Below are positions 1 through 10,198 of a stretch of DNA of 64,000 bases, piece by piece. Below the pieces are notes generated by a model, which was not told the DNA's origin, did no database searches, and saw only the letters and a program-made list of their open reading frames with translations. How positions within the stretch are numbered: position 1 is the stretch's first letter; the number at the start of each line of letters is the position of its first letter. Location of the stretch: positions 130,585 to 194,584 of the forward strand of contig JAHAJA010000003.1 in NCBI GenBank assembly GCA_018372435.1, given 5' to 3'. The stretch comes from Clostridiales bacterium (GTDB lineage Bacteria > Bacillota > Clostridia > Lachnospirales > Lachnospiraceae). The translations under genes were made by a program, and so were the position numbers.

Positions 1-278
1 GGATTAAATTGAGACCAGGTTATGTTCTCCTTGAGATGGGAGGAGAGTTTAATATATTTAGTGAGGCAGATAAGATGAATGGATCACTAGTTTGTATGCC
101 ATCTATTAATGAGTTAGGGATTGCACTATGGGCCCTGATGGAAAAAGGAGTCGATTGCGAAGAATTGATTAGGTATACGATGGAGCGGAGTGATATAGAT
201 GAAGAGGAGGCGGAATTAGATGTAGGGGAATTTCTGGCAAAGTTAATTCATGCAGGTATTGTTGATTGTGAAAAATAA
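1..278 (+). CDS. PqqD-family peptide chaperone (RiPP recognition element-like), 5' end possibly cut by the window edge
   Basis: The 89-aa ORF (LLEMGGEFNIF...SINELGIALWALMEKGVDCEELIRYTMERSDIDEEEAELDVGEFLAKLIHAGIV) has the size and the acidic, helix-rich pattern of PqqD/RRE domains. The ORF reaches the window start, so the true N-terminus may lie upstream. Confidence 0.55.
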   Translation, partial: IKLRPGYVLLEMGGEFNIFSEADKMNGSLVCMPSINELGIALWALMEKGVDCEELIRYTMERSDIDEEEAELDVGEFLAKLIHAGIVDCEK

Positions 279-319
279 CAACGATTCAAGTATACGGGAG
301 AATGTAAAAAGGCACGGCA

Positions 320-1237
320 TCAAGCACGTAGAAGTGCTTTGGATGCCGTGTTTTTAGTTGTGTAGTATAGACACGTATCAATGAAACTTTGTATGTTTGC
401 AGTAATGCATTTACTCTTGTGGAACATGATAACTAGATTTCTTGATAAATTCACATCTTTAATGTGTAATTCAACTAATTCTTCATGTGCAAGCTGTTTT
501 TTTACTGCCTCGTAAGGCAGTATTGCGATACCAACATTCTTCTTGCATTCATTGATTAATGAAGTTGCGCTAATACTTTCCCAGGTAGGAGCGAAAGGAT
601 AACCGTTTGAGACCATAATGCTTTCAAACATCTCCCTAGCGCCTACTCCTTTTTCTCTAGTAAGGAATCTTTCGTTAGCAAGATCAGATAAGAAGACAGT
701 GTCAGCACCTGCAAGTTTGTGATAGGGAGATACTACAGCGACAACGTGGTCTTGATAAAATGGTTGCTGTATCATGTCTGAATCGTATACAGCGCAGGAT
801 TCTTCCACTAATGCAAGGTCAAGTTCATTGTTTCGAAGAAGATCTTTAATGAAGGAGGTTTTGTTGATAATTACGCTGATTTCTATCTTCGGATGGTCAA
901 TATAAAAGGCATCGGTGATATCACCTAACATAGTAATACCCATGGTATAGTTGCCACCTACTCGTATCTTTTCAACGATATTTTCTGATTGAAGTTTCGT
1001 TATGGATTCTTCATAGAGTGCTAGAATTTTGTTTGCATATTCGTACAAACAGTGGCCAGCTTCCGTTATGTATAGTTTCTGTGATAATCGTTCGAAGAGT
1101 TTCTTCTCATAGAAATTCTCTAATTCTTTGATCGCCTGACTAACGGAAGGCTGTGTCATATATAGCTTCTTAGCAGCAGAAGTCATATTTAAGGTTTTGT
1201 AGACTGCAGTAAATATAGTCAAATGTCGTAATGTCAT
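320..1237 (-). CDS. LysR-family transcriptional regulator
   Basis: N-terminal HTH (MTLRHLTIFTAVYKTLNMTSAAKKLYMTQPSVSQAIKELE) followed by a LysR substrate-binding domain, 305 aa. It is divergent from the mod operon. Confidence 0.85.
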   Translation of the reverse strand: MTLRHLTIFTAVYKTLNMTSAAKKLYMTQPSVSQAIKELENFYEKKLFERLSQKLYITEAGHCLYEYANKILALYEESITKLQSENIVEKIRVGGNYTMGITMLGDITDAFYIDHPKIEISVIINKTSFIKDLLRNNELDLALVEESCAVYDSDMIQQPFYQDHVVAVVSPYHKLAGADTVFLSDLANERFLTREKGVGAREMFESIMVSNGYPFAPTWESISATSLINECKKNVGIAILPYEAVKKQLAHEELVELHIKDVNLSRNLVIMFHKSKCITANIQSFIDTCLYYTTKNTASKALLRA

Positions 1238-1698
1238 TCTACCCCTCCTTATTCCAGTCGTATCTTGTTAATGTATATACGTTTTTTGGTTATCTTGCTC
1301 AAACTTCGCACATAAAAACTTCAATGAGAGTAGGTAAGTGAATATGGCAGTTAACTACTCCTCGAAATCTTCAAGTGAAGTTTGAGTTATCTTATTATAG
1401 AAGGATTTACAATTAAAGTCAATTTCTCAACATTAGTTCTTTTGGTAGAATTGATTTAGAAAATAATGTTAATACAGATAAATTAAAAAGATAATTAGGT
1501 ATTGTACATACACCATAGATAAAGGGAGTAGTGGTTTGCCTATCCTATTGATTTTAACTATTAGACTAAGCAGTTTTTTGATGGTAGGATTGCTAATTAT
1601 AATCTACTGTTCAACATTATTATACCACTATAGAATAACCAAAGAGTAGATGAACGGTAGCAGCTATAAAATCTTAGGAGAAAGAAGAGGTACATTTT

Positions 1699-2667
1699 AT
1701 GAAGAAAAGAATAGTCGGTTTAGTAATGATAGTAATGCTTTTGGCTTCTATGTTGCTGGGATGCTCAAGTAAGAAGGATAATAAAGGTGATGAAGCGAAG
1801 TCGACGAGCGTAGAGGTAGAATCGGAGACTACGAGTGCAGATGTAGAATCAGAGACGGCGAGCACAGAGACCAAAACACAGACAACGAGTTCTGAGGTGA
1901 AATCAGAAGCAGCACAGACAGAGATTCAAGTTTTCATAGCTGCGAGTTTAAGTGATGCAATGGAAGAGATTAAGAACATGTATAATAAGACGCATCCGAA
2001 TGTAACGATTGCATATAATGCAGATAGTTCTGGCACGCTCCTTACGCAAGTTCAGGAAGGATACGAATGCGATATCTTCTTCTCAGCGGCAACAAAACAG
2101 ATGGATACACTAGAGAGCGAAGGATATCTTGTTGAGGGAACTAGAAAAAACTTATTAAACAATCAAGTGGTATTGATTACACCAAAAGGAAGTGGAACGA
2201 AGGTTACTGGTTTTGATACTATGAATCTAGCTGAGAGTATGGCACTTGCAGGTGGAAGCGTACCTGTTGGAAAATATACAAGAACCATACTTGTGAACTT
2301 AGGTTTACTAGAAGCAGTAGATGATACAGCTGTATATACATCGGAAGAAGTTTCAGGAGCGCTTGGAGGAATTGAGATTAATGAATGTGGTAATGTGAGT
2401 AAAGTAACGGAAGCGGTGAAAGAAGGTTCCAATGAAATCGGTACCGTATATTATTCAGATGCGTATTCCGTAAAAGACGATGTGGATATTATTGCATATG
2501 CAGATAAAGCCTTAACAGGGGATATTATTTATCCTGTTGCAATGCTTAACAATTCCGAAGCAGATGACTCGAAGAAACAAGCGGCAGCTGATTTTCTAGC
2601 TTTCTTAGATACAGATGAGGCAAAAGCTGTATTTGAGAAATATATGTTTATGATCTATACGGAGTAA
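1699..2667 (+). CDS. modA: Molybdate/tungstate ABC transporter substrate-binding lipoprotein (ModA family)
   Basis: Signal peptide plus lipobox (LLGCSS), an S/T/E-rich linker, then the ModA-type fold (IQVFIAASLSDAMEEI...YNADSSGTLLTQVQEG...CDIFFSAA). ModB and ModC follow directly. Confidence 0.8.
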   Translation: MKKRIVGLVMIVMLLASMLLGCSSKKDNKGDEAKSTSVEVESETTSADVESETASTETKTQTTSSEVKSEAAQTEIQVFIAASLSDAMEEIKNMYNKTHPNVTIAYNADSSGTLLTQVQEGYECDIFFSAATKQMDTLESEGYLVEGTRKNLLNNQVVLITPKGSGTKVTGFDTMNLAESMALAGGSVPVGKYTRTILVNLGLLEAVDDTAVYTSEEVSGALGGIEINECGNVSKVTEAVKEGSNEIGTVYYSDAYSVKDDVDIIAYADKALTGDIIYPVAMLNNSEADDSKKQAAADFLAFLDTDEAKAVFEKYMFMIYTE

Positions 2668-2688
2668 ATTGATTAGGGGGTTGGTACC

Positions 2689-3384
2689 ATGTTAGATATC
2701 TTAAAAGAACTCGACTATAGTCCATTGATAATATCATTAAAAACAGGAATAGCAGCAACGATTGTTTCCTTCTTTGTAGGAATATGGTTAGCTGGTAGAG
2801 TTGTTAGAATGAGTGAACCAAAAAAGGCAGTGGCAGATGGAATTCTTACACTTCCAATGGTATTACCTCCAACAGTAGCAGGATTTTTTCTTCTCTTATT
2901 ATTTAGTAGAAGAAGGACGATAGGTATTTTTCTATTTGATACCTTTGACCTTAAGATTGTTCAAACGTGGCTAGGCTGTGTAATTGCAGCGACCGTAATT
3001 GCGTTGCCACTCATGTATCGGAATGCAAGAGCCGCTTTTGAACAGGTTGATTCCAATCTGATTTTTGCAGCACGGACACTCGGAATATCTGAGAGAAAGA
3101 TATTCTGGAAGGTGATTATTCCTACCGCAGCACCTGGTATAGCATCAGGAACGATTCTTACATTCGCAAGAGCGATTGGAGAATATGGTGCAACATCCAT
3201 GTTGGCTGGTAATATCGCAGGGAAAACAGGAACAATATCACAAAAAATTGCGATGGTTATACAAGATGGTAATTATCAGATAGCAGGAATTTGGGTAGCT
3301 ATTATAATAATAATATCATTTGGGATAGTAGTTTCAATTAACTTGGTTACAGGTAGAAGAATGAAGAATGTGACAAGGTGGTAG
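2689..3384 (+). CDS. modB: Molybdate ABC transporter permease (ModB family)
   Basis: Five to six TM segments and the ABC permease EAA-like loop (AARTLGISERKIFWKVIIPTAAPGIASG). RBS GGGGG lies upstream. Confidence 0.8.
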   Translation: MLDILKELDYSPLIISLKTGIAATIVSFFVGIWLAGRVVRMSEPKKAVADGILTLPMVLPPTVAGFFLLLLFSRRRTIGIFLFDTFDLKIVQTWLGCVIAATVIALPLMYRNARAAFEQVDSNLIFAARTLGISERKIFWKVIIPTAAPGIASGTILTFARAIGEYGATSMLAGNIAGKTGTISQKIAMVIQDGNYQIAGIWVAIIIIISFGIVVSINLVTGRRMKNVTRW

Positions 3385-3388
3385 TCAT

Positions 3389-4444
3389 ATGATGATTCAT
3401 GTTGATATAGAGAAGGACTTTCAAAGTTTCAGATTAATGTCTAAGTTTGTGGGAGACGATGACAGGATAGGAATATTAGGGGCGTCGGGGTGCGGTAAAA
3501 GTATGACGTTAAAGGCGATAGCAGGTATTATCACACCGGATAAGGGAAGGATACTTGTTAATGATCAAGTTTATTTTGATTCCGAGATGAATATTAATAT
3601 TCCTCCACAGAAAAGAAACATAGGATACCTGTTTCAAAATTACGCATTATTTCCTACCATGACAGTGGAGAAGAATATTGCAGCAGGGCTTGGAGGAAGA
3701 AAACAGGAAGAAATCAAAGAACGTGTTGCTATCATGATTAAGAAGTTTGCCTTGAAAGGACTTGAGAAAAGGTATCCCAAAGAATTATCCGGGGGTCAAC
3801 AGCAAAGAGTTGCACTTGCAAGAATCATGGCATATGAACCGGAGGTACTAATGCTTGATGAACCTTTCTCAGCACTAGATAGTTTTCTAAAAGATAATCT
3901 CAAGATGGAGATGAAGCATCTCTTAGATGAATATGAGGGTGGTATGATTATGGTTTCCCATAGTAGAGATGAGATTTATGAGTTTACGAATCAATTACTT
4001 CTTATGGATCAAGGTCATGTGATTGAAACAGGAAAAACTAGAGACTTATTCGCAAAACCATATCGAATGGAGACGGCAAGATTAACTGGTTGTAAGAATT
4101 TATCGCCGATAACGAGACTGGATGAGAACCACGTGTATGCTAAGGAATGGGGGATTACCTTGGAAACAGTAGATAAAGTACATGATAATATAACACATGT
4201 AGGGATTCGTTCTCATCACATTAAACTTTCAGAGAAGGAACAGGTAAATAGTTTTCCATTTGATTTACTAGAACAATCAGAAACACCATTTGAATATAAA
4301 TACATTGTAAAAAAATTAGATAGTAACCATAGTCATATGTGGTGGCAAGTGCCAAAGAACAAAGAGAATATCTTCACTCGTCAGCGAGGAGGTTACCTTC
4401 ATATTCAACCAGAAGATGTGATGTTGCTATCTTCGAAAACTTGA
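3389..4444 (+). CDS. modC: Molybdate ABC transporter ATP-binding protein with C-terminal TOBE-like domain (ModC family)
   Basis: Walker A GASGCGKS, signature LSGGQQQRVALAR, Walker B LMLDEP, plus a ~130-aa C-terminal extension as in ModC. Confidence 0.8.
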   Translation: MMIHVDIEKDFQSFRLMSKFVGDDDRIGILGASGCGKSMTLKAIAGIITPDKGRILVNDQVYFDSEMNINIPPQKRNIGYLFQNYALFPTMTVEKNIAAGLGGRKQEEIKERVAIMIKKFALKGLEKRYPKELSGGQQQRVALARIMAYEPEVLMLDEPFSALDSFLKDNLKMEMKHLLDEYEGGMIMVSHSRDEIYEFTNQLLLMDQGHVIETGKTRDLFAKPYRMETARLTGCKNLSPITRLDENHVYAKEWGITLETVDKVHDNITHVGIRSHHIKLSEKEQVNSFPFDLLEQSETPFEYKYIVKKLDSNHSHMWWQVPKNKENIFTRQRGGYLHIQPEDVMLLSSKT

Positions 4445-4515
4445 TTTTATTCTTGCAAATATGAGAATTAACGTTTATAATGATTTAAGAATATAATATT
4501 TGCGCGTATAAGAAA

Positions 4516-4560
4516 TCAGCGTGAGATCATGTAGTAGATGGTCTCACGCTTTCTTTTTTG
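4516..4560 (+). terminator. Rho-independent terminator after modC
   Basis: GCGTGAGA...TCTCACGC stem followed by TTTCTTTTTTG. Confidence 0.7.
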
Positions 4561-4698
4561 CCCATATTTAAATTAATAATTGGTTAGGGTGTCAAGTAAC
4601 TACATTATGAATAGAGTAGGTAATTGAAATATGATTAATAGAAAGGAAAAGAGTTCTTAAACACCTATATTGTATAAAAGAAAAGAGGATAAAGAGAG

Positions 4699-5181
4699 AT
4701 GGAATTTTACATGAAGTTACCAAGGAACAAGAAAGAATTTATAGTATTTATGGCAGTGATATCAATTATATCGGTTAATATAATTGCACCGTTAATCACG
4801 TGCTTTGAGGTTGGTTTCCATATGAGCGTTTGGGGGGAGGCACTTAAAATTATGCCATTTATATGGATAAGTGTAATAATACTAGTATTGCTTACCTATA
4901 AACCTGCTGAATGGCTAACGTCAAAAATAATTGATAAGGAGGATAGTTTTCGATCTGTTATTGTAATTAATATATTATGTACTGTGTTTTTAATGTCAAT
5001 ATTTTTAACAGTAATTGGTACTTGGATTGGAAGTAGGCAGATAAGTATGGAGCCTATACATGGGTTCTTCTATAGATGGCCAAGAAATTTTACTATATCA
5101 TTTGCAGTTGAATTATTGATTGCACAACCAATCGCAAGATATGTAATGTTAAAAATCCATCTAGTTAAAGAGCAGAATTAG
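4699..5181 (+). CDS. DUF2798-family membrane protein
   Basis: Two repeated 2-TM modules (LPRNKKEFIVFMAVISIISVNII... / ...RWPRNFTISFAVELLIAQPIARYV), the pattern of DUF2798 proteins. Confidence 0.6.
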   Translation: MEFYMKLPRNKKEFIVFMAVISIISVNIIAPLITCFEVGFHMSVWGEALKIMPFIWISVIILVLLTYKPAEWLTSKIIDKEDSFRSVIVINILCTVFLMSIFLTVIGTWIGSRQISMEPIHGFFYRWPRNFTISFAVELLIAQPIARYVMLKIHLVKEQN

Positions 5182-5312
5182 GAAAGTATTTAACAATACA
5201 TTTGAGATATAGGTATGAATGAGATATAATGATTTATATAGTATTAAAAATTCTATATTGAATATACTAGGTTGGCGGGAGCAACAATCTAGAGAAAAAC
5301 AGGAGGCAACAT

Positions 5313-6470
5313 ATGAACAATTTTAAATTTCATGCCCGTACAGATATCCGTTTTGGTAGGGATCAGATTATTAATTTGCCAGGACTATTAACAGCATATG
5401 GTAAGAATGTTTTATTAGTATATGGTGGAGGGAGTATTAAGAAGCTAGGTTTATATGGTCAAATTATAGATTTATTAAAAGGATTTAGTATAGTAGAATT
5501 ACCTGGGGTTGAACCAAATCCGAGAATCACTTCTGTTAGAGAAGGTGTTAGATTATGCAAAGAACATAAGATAGATGTTGTACTAGCAGTGGGTGGAGGA
5601 AGTTGTATTGATGCGGCTAAGGTTATAGCTGGTGGTGCATTCTATGATGGAGATCCTTGGGACTTAGTTGTAGACCCTTCTAAGATCGATGAGGTTTTAC
5701 CAATTGTTACTGTACTTACACTAGCAGCAACAGGTTCTGAGATGAACGGGAATGCAGTAATTAGCAACATGGAAACAAAAGAAAAGTTTGGTACAGGAAG
5801 TCCTAATTTCATACCAATGGCATCTATACTTGACCCTACGTATCTATTTACACTACCTAAGACGCAAACTGCAGCTGGAACAGCAGATATTATGTCGCAT
5901 GTATATGAACAGTATTTTCAAAAAGATGACGAAGCATATCTATCAGATTGTTTATGCGAAAGTATCTTAAAGACTTGTATCAAGTACTGCCCAGTGGCAT
6001 TAGAGAATCCAAAGGATTATGAAGCACGTTCTAATCTTATGTGGGCTTCAACATTAGCCCTTAATGGATTGGTTTGTGCAGGTAAAGGTGGAGCCTGGAC
6101 TTGCCACCCAATTGAGCATGAACTTAGTGCATTCTACGATATTACTCATGGAGTAGGTTTGGCGATTGTTACGCCGAGTTGGATGCGATATATCTTAAGT
6201 GAGAAGACACTTCATAAATTCTGTAACTACGCAAGAAATGTATGGAATTTCGAAGGTGAAGATAGCATGGAATTAGCTACTAAGGGAATTGACGCAACAG
6301 AAAACTTCTTTAAAGAATGTGGTATTCCTATGACGCTTAAGGAAGCTGGAATTGAAGAGAAATCCCTTCATGATATGGCTGTTGCTACGACAAATCACAA
6401 TGATATGGAAAGCTGCTATGTAGGACTTTCTACAGAAGATATTGAAACTATATTAAAGAATTGTTTATAA
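5313..6470 (+). CDS. Iron-containing (group III) alcohol dehydrogenase, butanol dehydrogenase-like
   Basis: Fe-ADH motifs GGGSCIDAAK and ...HPIEHELSAFYDITHGVGLAIV, 385 aa. Confidence 0.85.
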   Translation: MNNFKFHARTDIRFGRDQIINLPGLLTAYGKNVLLVYGGGSIKKLGLYGQIIDLLKGFSIVELPGVEPNPRITSVREGVRLCKEHKIDVVLAVGGGSCIDAAKVIAGGAFYDGDPWDLVVDPSKIDEVLPIVTVLTLAATGSEMNGNAVISNMETKEKFGTGSPNFIPMASILDPTYLFTLPKTQTAAGTADIMSHVYEQYFQKDDEAYLSDCLCESILKTCIKYCPVALENPKDYEARSNLMWASTLALNGLVCAGKGGAWTCHPIEHELSAFYDITHGVGLAIVTPSWMRYILSEKTLHKFCNYARNVWNFEGEDSMELATKGIDATENFFKECGIPMTLKEAGIEEKSLHDMAVATTNHNDMESCYVGLSTEDIETILKNCL

Positions 6471-6545
6471 AGAATTGCTTTAAGCAAATTCTTTATAAAG
6501 AAATTCTCAATAAAAAATATCTATAAAGAAAATTATCAAGTAAGG

Positions 6546-6587
6546 AATTCCCGCGGCTTACCCGTGGAGAATTCCTTACTTGTGTTG
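6546..6587 (+). terminator. Rho-independent terminator after the alcohol dehydrogenase gene
   Basis: 17-bp stem GTAAGGAATTCCCGCGG / CCGTGGAGAATTCCTTAC followed by TTGTGTTG. Confidence 0.6.
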
Positions 6588-6815
6588 AAATCGAATTACA
6601 AGTATCCTATCCAATGGTTTATGTCATATACATCGATAATTTCAATATATTATTACTATAATGATTCGGGCGTCAAAAGCCTTTCGCAAAACTGTTGCGA
6701 GTGAACTACGTTTGGCATAACTTATTTACACATAAATTAGTGCAAATTGGCGAGATGAAAAATAAACTGGCTTATGACACTCGAATCCTATAATGATAAA
6801 AAAAGGAGTAGATTT

Positions 6816-7106
6816 ATGTATTTTAATGGTCTGATAACAGGTATAGTAGCGTTCTTAATAATAGGTGGTTTGCATCCAGTAGTTATTAAAACAGAATATT
6901 ACATAGGTAAAAAGGCTTGGCCAGTGTTTGGTGTAACAGGTATTGGTTGTATTGTTGCTTCGCTATTTTGTAAACAGAATGTAGTTAGTACGATATTAGC
7001 AATCTTGGGATTTTCATTATTATGGAGTATTCAGGAATTATTCGAACAGGAAGAGAGAGTCGAAAAAGGTTGGTTTCCTAAGAATCCGAACAAAAAACAA
7101 CAGTAA
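6816..7106 (+). CDS. DUF4491-family small membrane protein
   Basis: The start is preferred at MYFNGL (RBS AAGGAG 7 nt upstream). Two TM segments and the C-terminal EQEERVEKGWFPKNPNKK motif are typical of DUF4491, which is commonly found next to trkA/trkH. Confidence 0.6.
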   Translation: MYFNGLITGIVAFLIIGGLHPVVIKTEYYIGKKAWPVFGVTGIGCIVASLFCKQNVVSTILAILGFSLLWSIQELFEQEERVEKGWFPKNPNKKQQ

Positions 7107-7265
7107 AATAGCGTGTTTAAAACCCATGGTAATTAGTAAATTATTATGGGTTTTATTATATTCAATAAGTAGTCATTTATTATATTGAATTAAAAATATT
7201 ATATGATACAATGTATAGAGTTGTACATTGAATACATACGCATGGATAAAATTTTGGAGGTTAAT

Positions 7266-8624
7266 ATGCAGATCATTATAGTTGGTTGTGGAAAAGTAGG
7301 AAGTACATTAGCGGAGCAACTAAGTCAAGAGGGACATGATATCTCAGTCATTGATATAAATGAAAAAATAGTTGAGGAAGTTTCATATAAATACGATTCC
7401 CTTGGAGTAGTGGGGAATGGTGCTAGTCACTTAACACAAGTAGAAGCAGGAATTGAAAAGGCACATCTTCTTATTGCAGTAACTGGATCGGATGAGTTGA
7501 ATCTTCTTTGTTGTTTAATTGCAAGAAAAGTTGGAGATTGTAAGACAATTGCAAGAGTTCGAAATCCTATTTATAGTAAGGAGATTAATTTTATTAAAGA
7601 AGAACTTGGTTTGTCTATGGTTATCAATCCAGAGAATGCGGCAGCAAGTGAGATAACAAGGGTACTGCGATTTCCTTCCGCAATAAGTATTGATCGTTTT
7701 AATAAAGGACGAGTGGAATTATTAAACTTTAAAGTACAAGAGGGCTCTATTCTACATAATATTAGTGTTAAAGAAATTGCAAGTAAGTTACACTGTGATG
7801 TTTTAGTTTGTACTGTGGAGCGTGCGGAAGAGGTTATCATTCCAAATGGAGAATTCATTATCAAAGAAAAAGATGTGGTATCAATTATAGCTTCTCATAA
7901 AAAGGCAGTGGAATTTTTTGTTAAGATTGGAGTTATATCTAATCCTGTTAAGAATGCTATGTTAATAGGTGGTGGTGCATTATCTTATTATTTGGCAAAT
8001 CAACTAATTGGTTATGGGATTGATGTTAAGATTATTGAACAGGATCTAAATCGTTGTGAAGTCTTAACCGAATTATTACCACGTGCTATGATTATTAACG
8101 GAGATGGAACGAATCAGAGTTTATTGAAGGAAGAAGGAATTGAAGAGACAGAATCCTTTGCTTCATTAACTGGTTTGGATGAAGAGAATGTATTACTATC
8201 GCTATATGCTCATAGTAAAACAAAAGGAAAGATTATAACGAAGGTTAATCGTATTGCTTTTGATGATGTTATTAATAATTTAGAGTTAGGTAGTGTTATC
8301 TACCCCAAATATATAACAGCAGAGTATATAGTTCAATATGTAAGAGCGATGAATAATTCGATCGGAAGTAATGTGGAGACACTATATAAGATAAAGAAGG
8401 ATAAAGCTGAAGCGCTTGAATTTTATGTAAATGAAGATTCGAAGTTAATAGGAATTCCTATAGAGAAGTTAAATCTTAAAGATAATCTATTAATTTGCTG
8501 TATTAATCGAAGTGGAAAGATTATTACTCCAAGGGGCCAAGATTGCATTGTCAAAGGGGACCGTGTAATTGTTGTTACAACTAATTTAGGCTATCAAGAT
8601 TTAGCAGATATATTAAGGGGATAA
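7266..8624 (+). CDS. trkA: Trk potassium uptake system NAD-binding protein TrkA
   Basis: Two RCK_N/RCK_C repeats (MQIIIVGCGKVGSTLA... and NAMLIGGGALSYYLANQL...). The start at 7266 sits 6 nt after a GGAGG RBS. Confidence 0.85.
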   Translation: MQIIIVGCGKVGSTLAEQLSQEGHDISVIDINEKIVEEVSYKYDSLGVVGNGASHLTQVEAGIEKAHLLIAVTGSDELNLLCCLIARKVGDCKTIARVRNPIYSKEINFIKEELGLSMVINPENAAASEITRVLRFPSAISIDRFNKGRVELLNFKVQEGSILHNISVKEIASKLHCDVLVCTVERAEEVIIPNGEFIIKEKDVVSIIASHKKAVEFFVKIGVISNPVKNAMLIGGGALSYYLANQLIGYGIDVKIIEQDLNRCEVLTELLPRAMIINGDGTNQSLLKEEGIEETESFASLTGLDEENVLLSLYAHSKTKGKIITKVNRIAFDDVINNLELGSVIYPKYITAEYIVQYVRAMNNSIGSNVETLYKIKKDKAEALEFYVNEDSKLIGIPIEKLNLKDNLLICCINRSGKIITPRGQDCIVKGDRVIVVTTNLGYQDLADILRG

Positions 8625-8628
8625 TACT

Positions 8629-10086
8629 ATGAATTATAGATTTATTAGTTACATTGTAGGTTGGATATTGAATTTCCAAGGGATATTTCTAATAATCCCG
8701 AGTTTTGTTGCAGTTTATTATGGAGAGGATAGCGGTTTTGCTTATGTTGTAACATCGATTATTTGCCTTGCGATCGGTATTTCATTAACGTTAAAAAAAC
8801 CTTCCAATAAAGCGTTTTATGCCAAAGATGGCTTTATTAGCGTTGCTGCCTGTTGGATTGTACTTAGTATAACTGGCGCTTTGCCATTTGTGTTTAATGG
8901 AGAAATACCGTCTATAGTGGATGCTATGTTTGAGACAATCTCTGGTTTTACTACGACAGGAGCAACGATTCTTAGTGATGTAGAAGCATTGTCAAAATGT
9001 AATTTGTTTTGGAGAAGCTTTACACATTGGATCGGCGGTATGGGAGTTCTTGTCTTTGTTCTATGTATCCTTCCACTTGCTGGCGGGGATAACATGCATC
9101 TATTGAAAGCGGAAAGCCCAGGTCCAAGTGTCAATAAATTAGTTCCACGTGTTCGAGATACCGCATTGATTCTATATGGAATCTATATCTTTTTAACTTT
9201 AATAGAAGTAGTACTTCTGTTGATTAGTGGAATGACTGTTTTTGATGCATTGACAACCTCTTTTGGTACTGCTGGAACAGGTGGCTTTGGTATTAAGAAT
9301 AACAGTATGGCAGACTACAGTGTTGCAATACAAAATATTGTTGGAGTATTCATGATGTTATTCGGCGTGAATTTTTCGATCTACTTCTTGCTTTTAGTTC
9401 GTAAGCCAAAACAGATTCTAAAGAGTGAAGAACTTCGTGTGTATGTAGGAATTATAGCTATATCTACTATTGTAATAGGTATCAATATTAGAGGATCTTT
9501 CCCAAGTATATGGTCAGCATTACAACAAGCATTCTTTCAAGTGTCGTCAATAATTACGACGACTGGATTTGCTACCGTTGATTTTAACTTGTGGCCTTCT
9601 CTTTCAAAGAGTGTCTTAATCTTATTGATGTTTGTTGGCGCATGTGCGGGTAGCACTGGTGGTGGTATTAAGGTATCAAGGATTGTGATTTTGTGGAAAG
9701 ATATTAAGAATGAACTTGCTGCATATATGCATCCAAGAAGTGTACGTACCGTTCGTATAGAAGGTAAAAAGGTAAATAACGAAATTGTGAATTCCGTTAA
9801 AACATACATTTCCTTGTACCTTGTGATTTTCATAAGTTCAGTTTTACTAATATCTTTTGAGAACTATAGCTTTGAAACGAATTTTACAGCAGTTGCTGCA
9901 ACGCTTAATAATGTTGGTCCTGGTTTTGACGGTGTTGGGCCAATGGAGAACTTTGCAAAATATAGTCCATTTTCAAAATGCATACTAATGTTTGATATGC
10001 TAGCAGGTAGATTAGAATTAATTCCAATGGTAATTATATTCAATCCAAGTGTTTGGAAAATCAAAGGAAAAAGGTTATTTGGTTAA
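8629..10086 (+). CDS. trkH: Trk-type potassium transporter membrane subunit TrkH/KtrB
   Basis: 485-aa polytopic protein with TrkH selectivity-filter-like repeats (TTTGATI, GFGIKNN, TTTGFATVD, GSTGGGIKV). Confidence 0.85.
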   Translation: MNYRFISYIVGWILNFQGIFLIIPSFVAVYYGEDSGFAYVVTSIICLAIGISLTLKKPSNKAFYAKDGFISVAACWIVLSITGALPFVFNGEIPSIVDAMFETISGFTTTGATILSDVEALSKCNLFWRSFTHWIGGMGVLVFVLCILPLAGGDNMHLLKAESPGPSVNKLVPRVRDTALILYGIYIFLTLIEVVLLLISGMTVFDALTTSFGTAGTGGFGIKNNSMADYSVAIQNIVGVFMMLFGVNFSIYFLLLVRKPKQILKSEELRVYVGIIAISTIVIGINIRGSFPSIWSALQQAFFQVSSIITTTGFATVDFNLWPSLSKSVLILLMFVGACAGSTGGGIKVSRIVILWKDIKNELAAYMHPRSVRTVRIEGKKVNNEIVNSVKTYISLYLVIFISSVLLISFENYSFETNFTAVAATLNNVGPGFDGVGPMENFAKYSPFSKCILMFDMLAGRLELIPMVIIFNPSVWKIKGKRLFG

Positions 10087-10198
10087 AGAAAAACTAATAT
10101 AGTAGAAGATAAGACAATAAATATATAATAAATTGTATTGTTTATTCTGTGGTTTGTATTAGAATATCTATGAATATACAATTAGGAGGATGTCGAAG

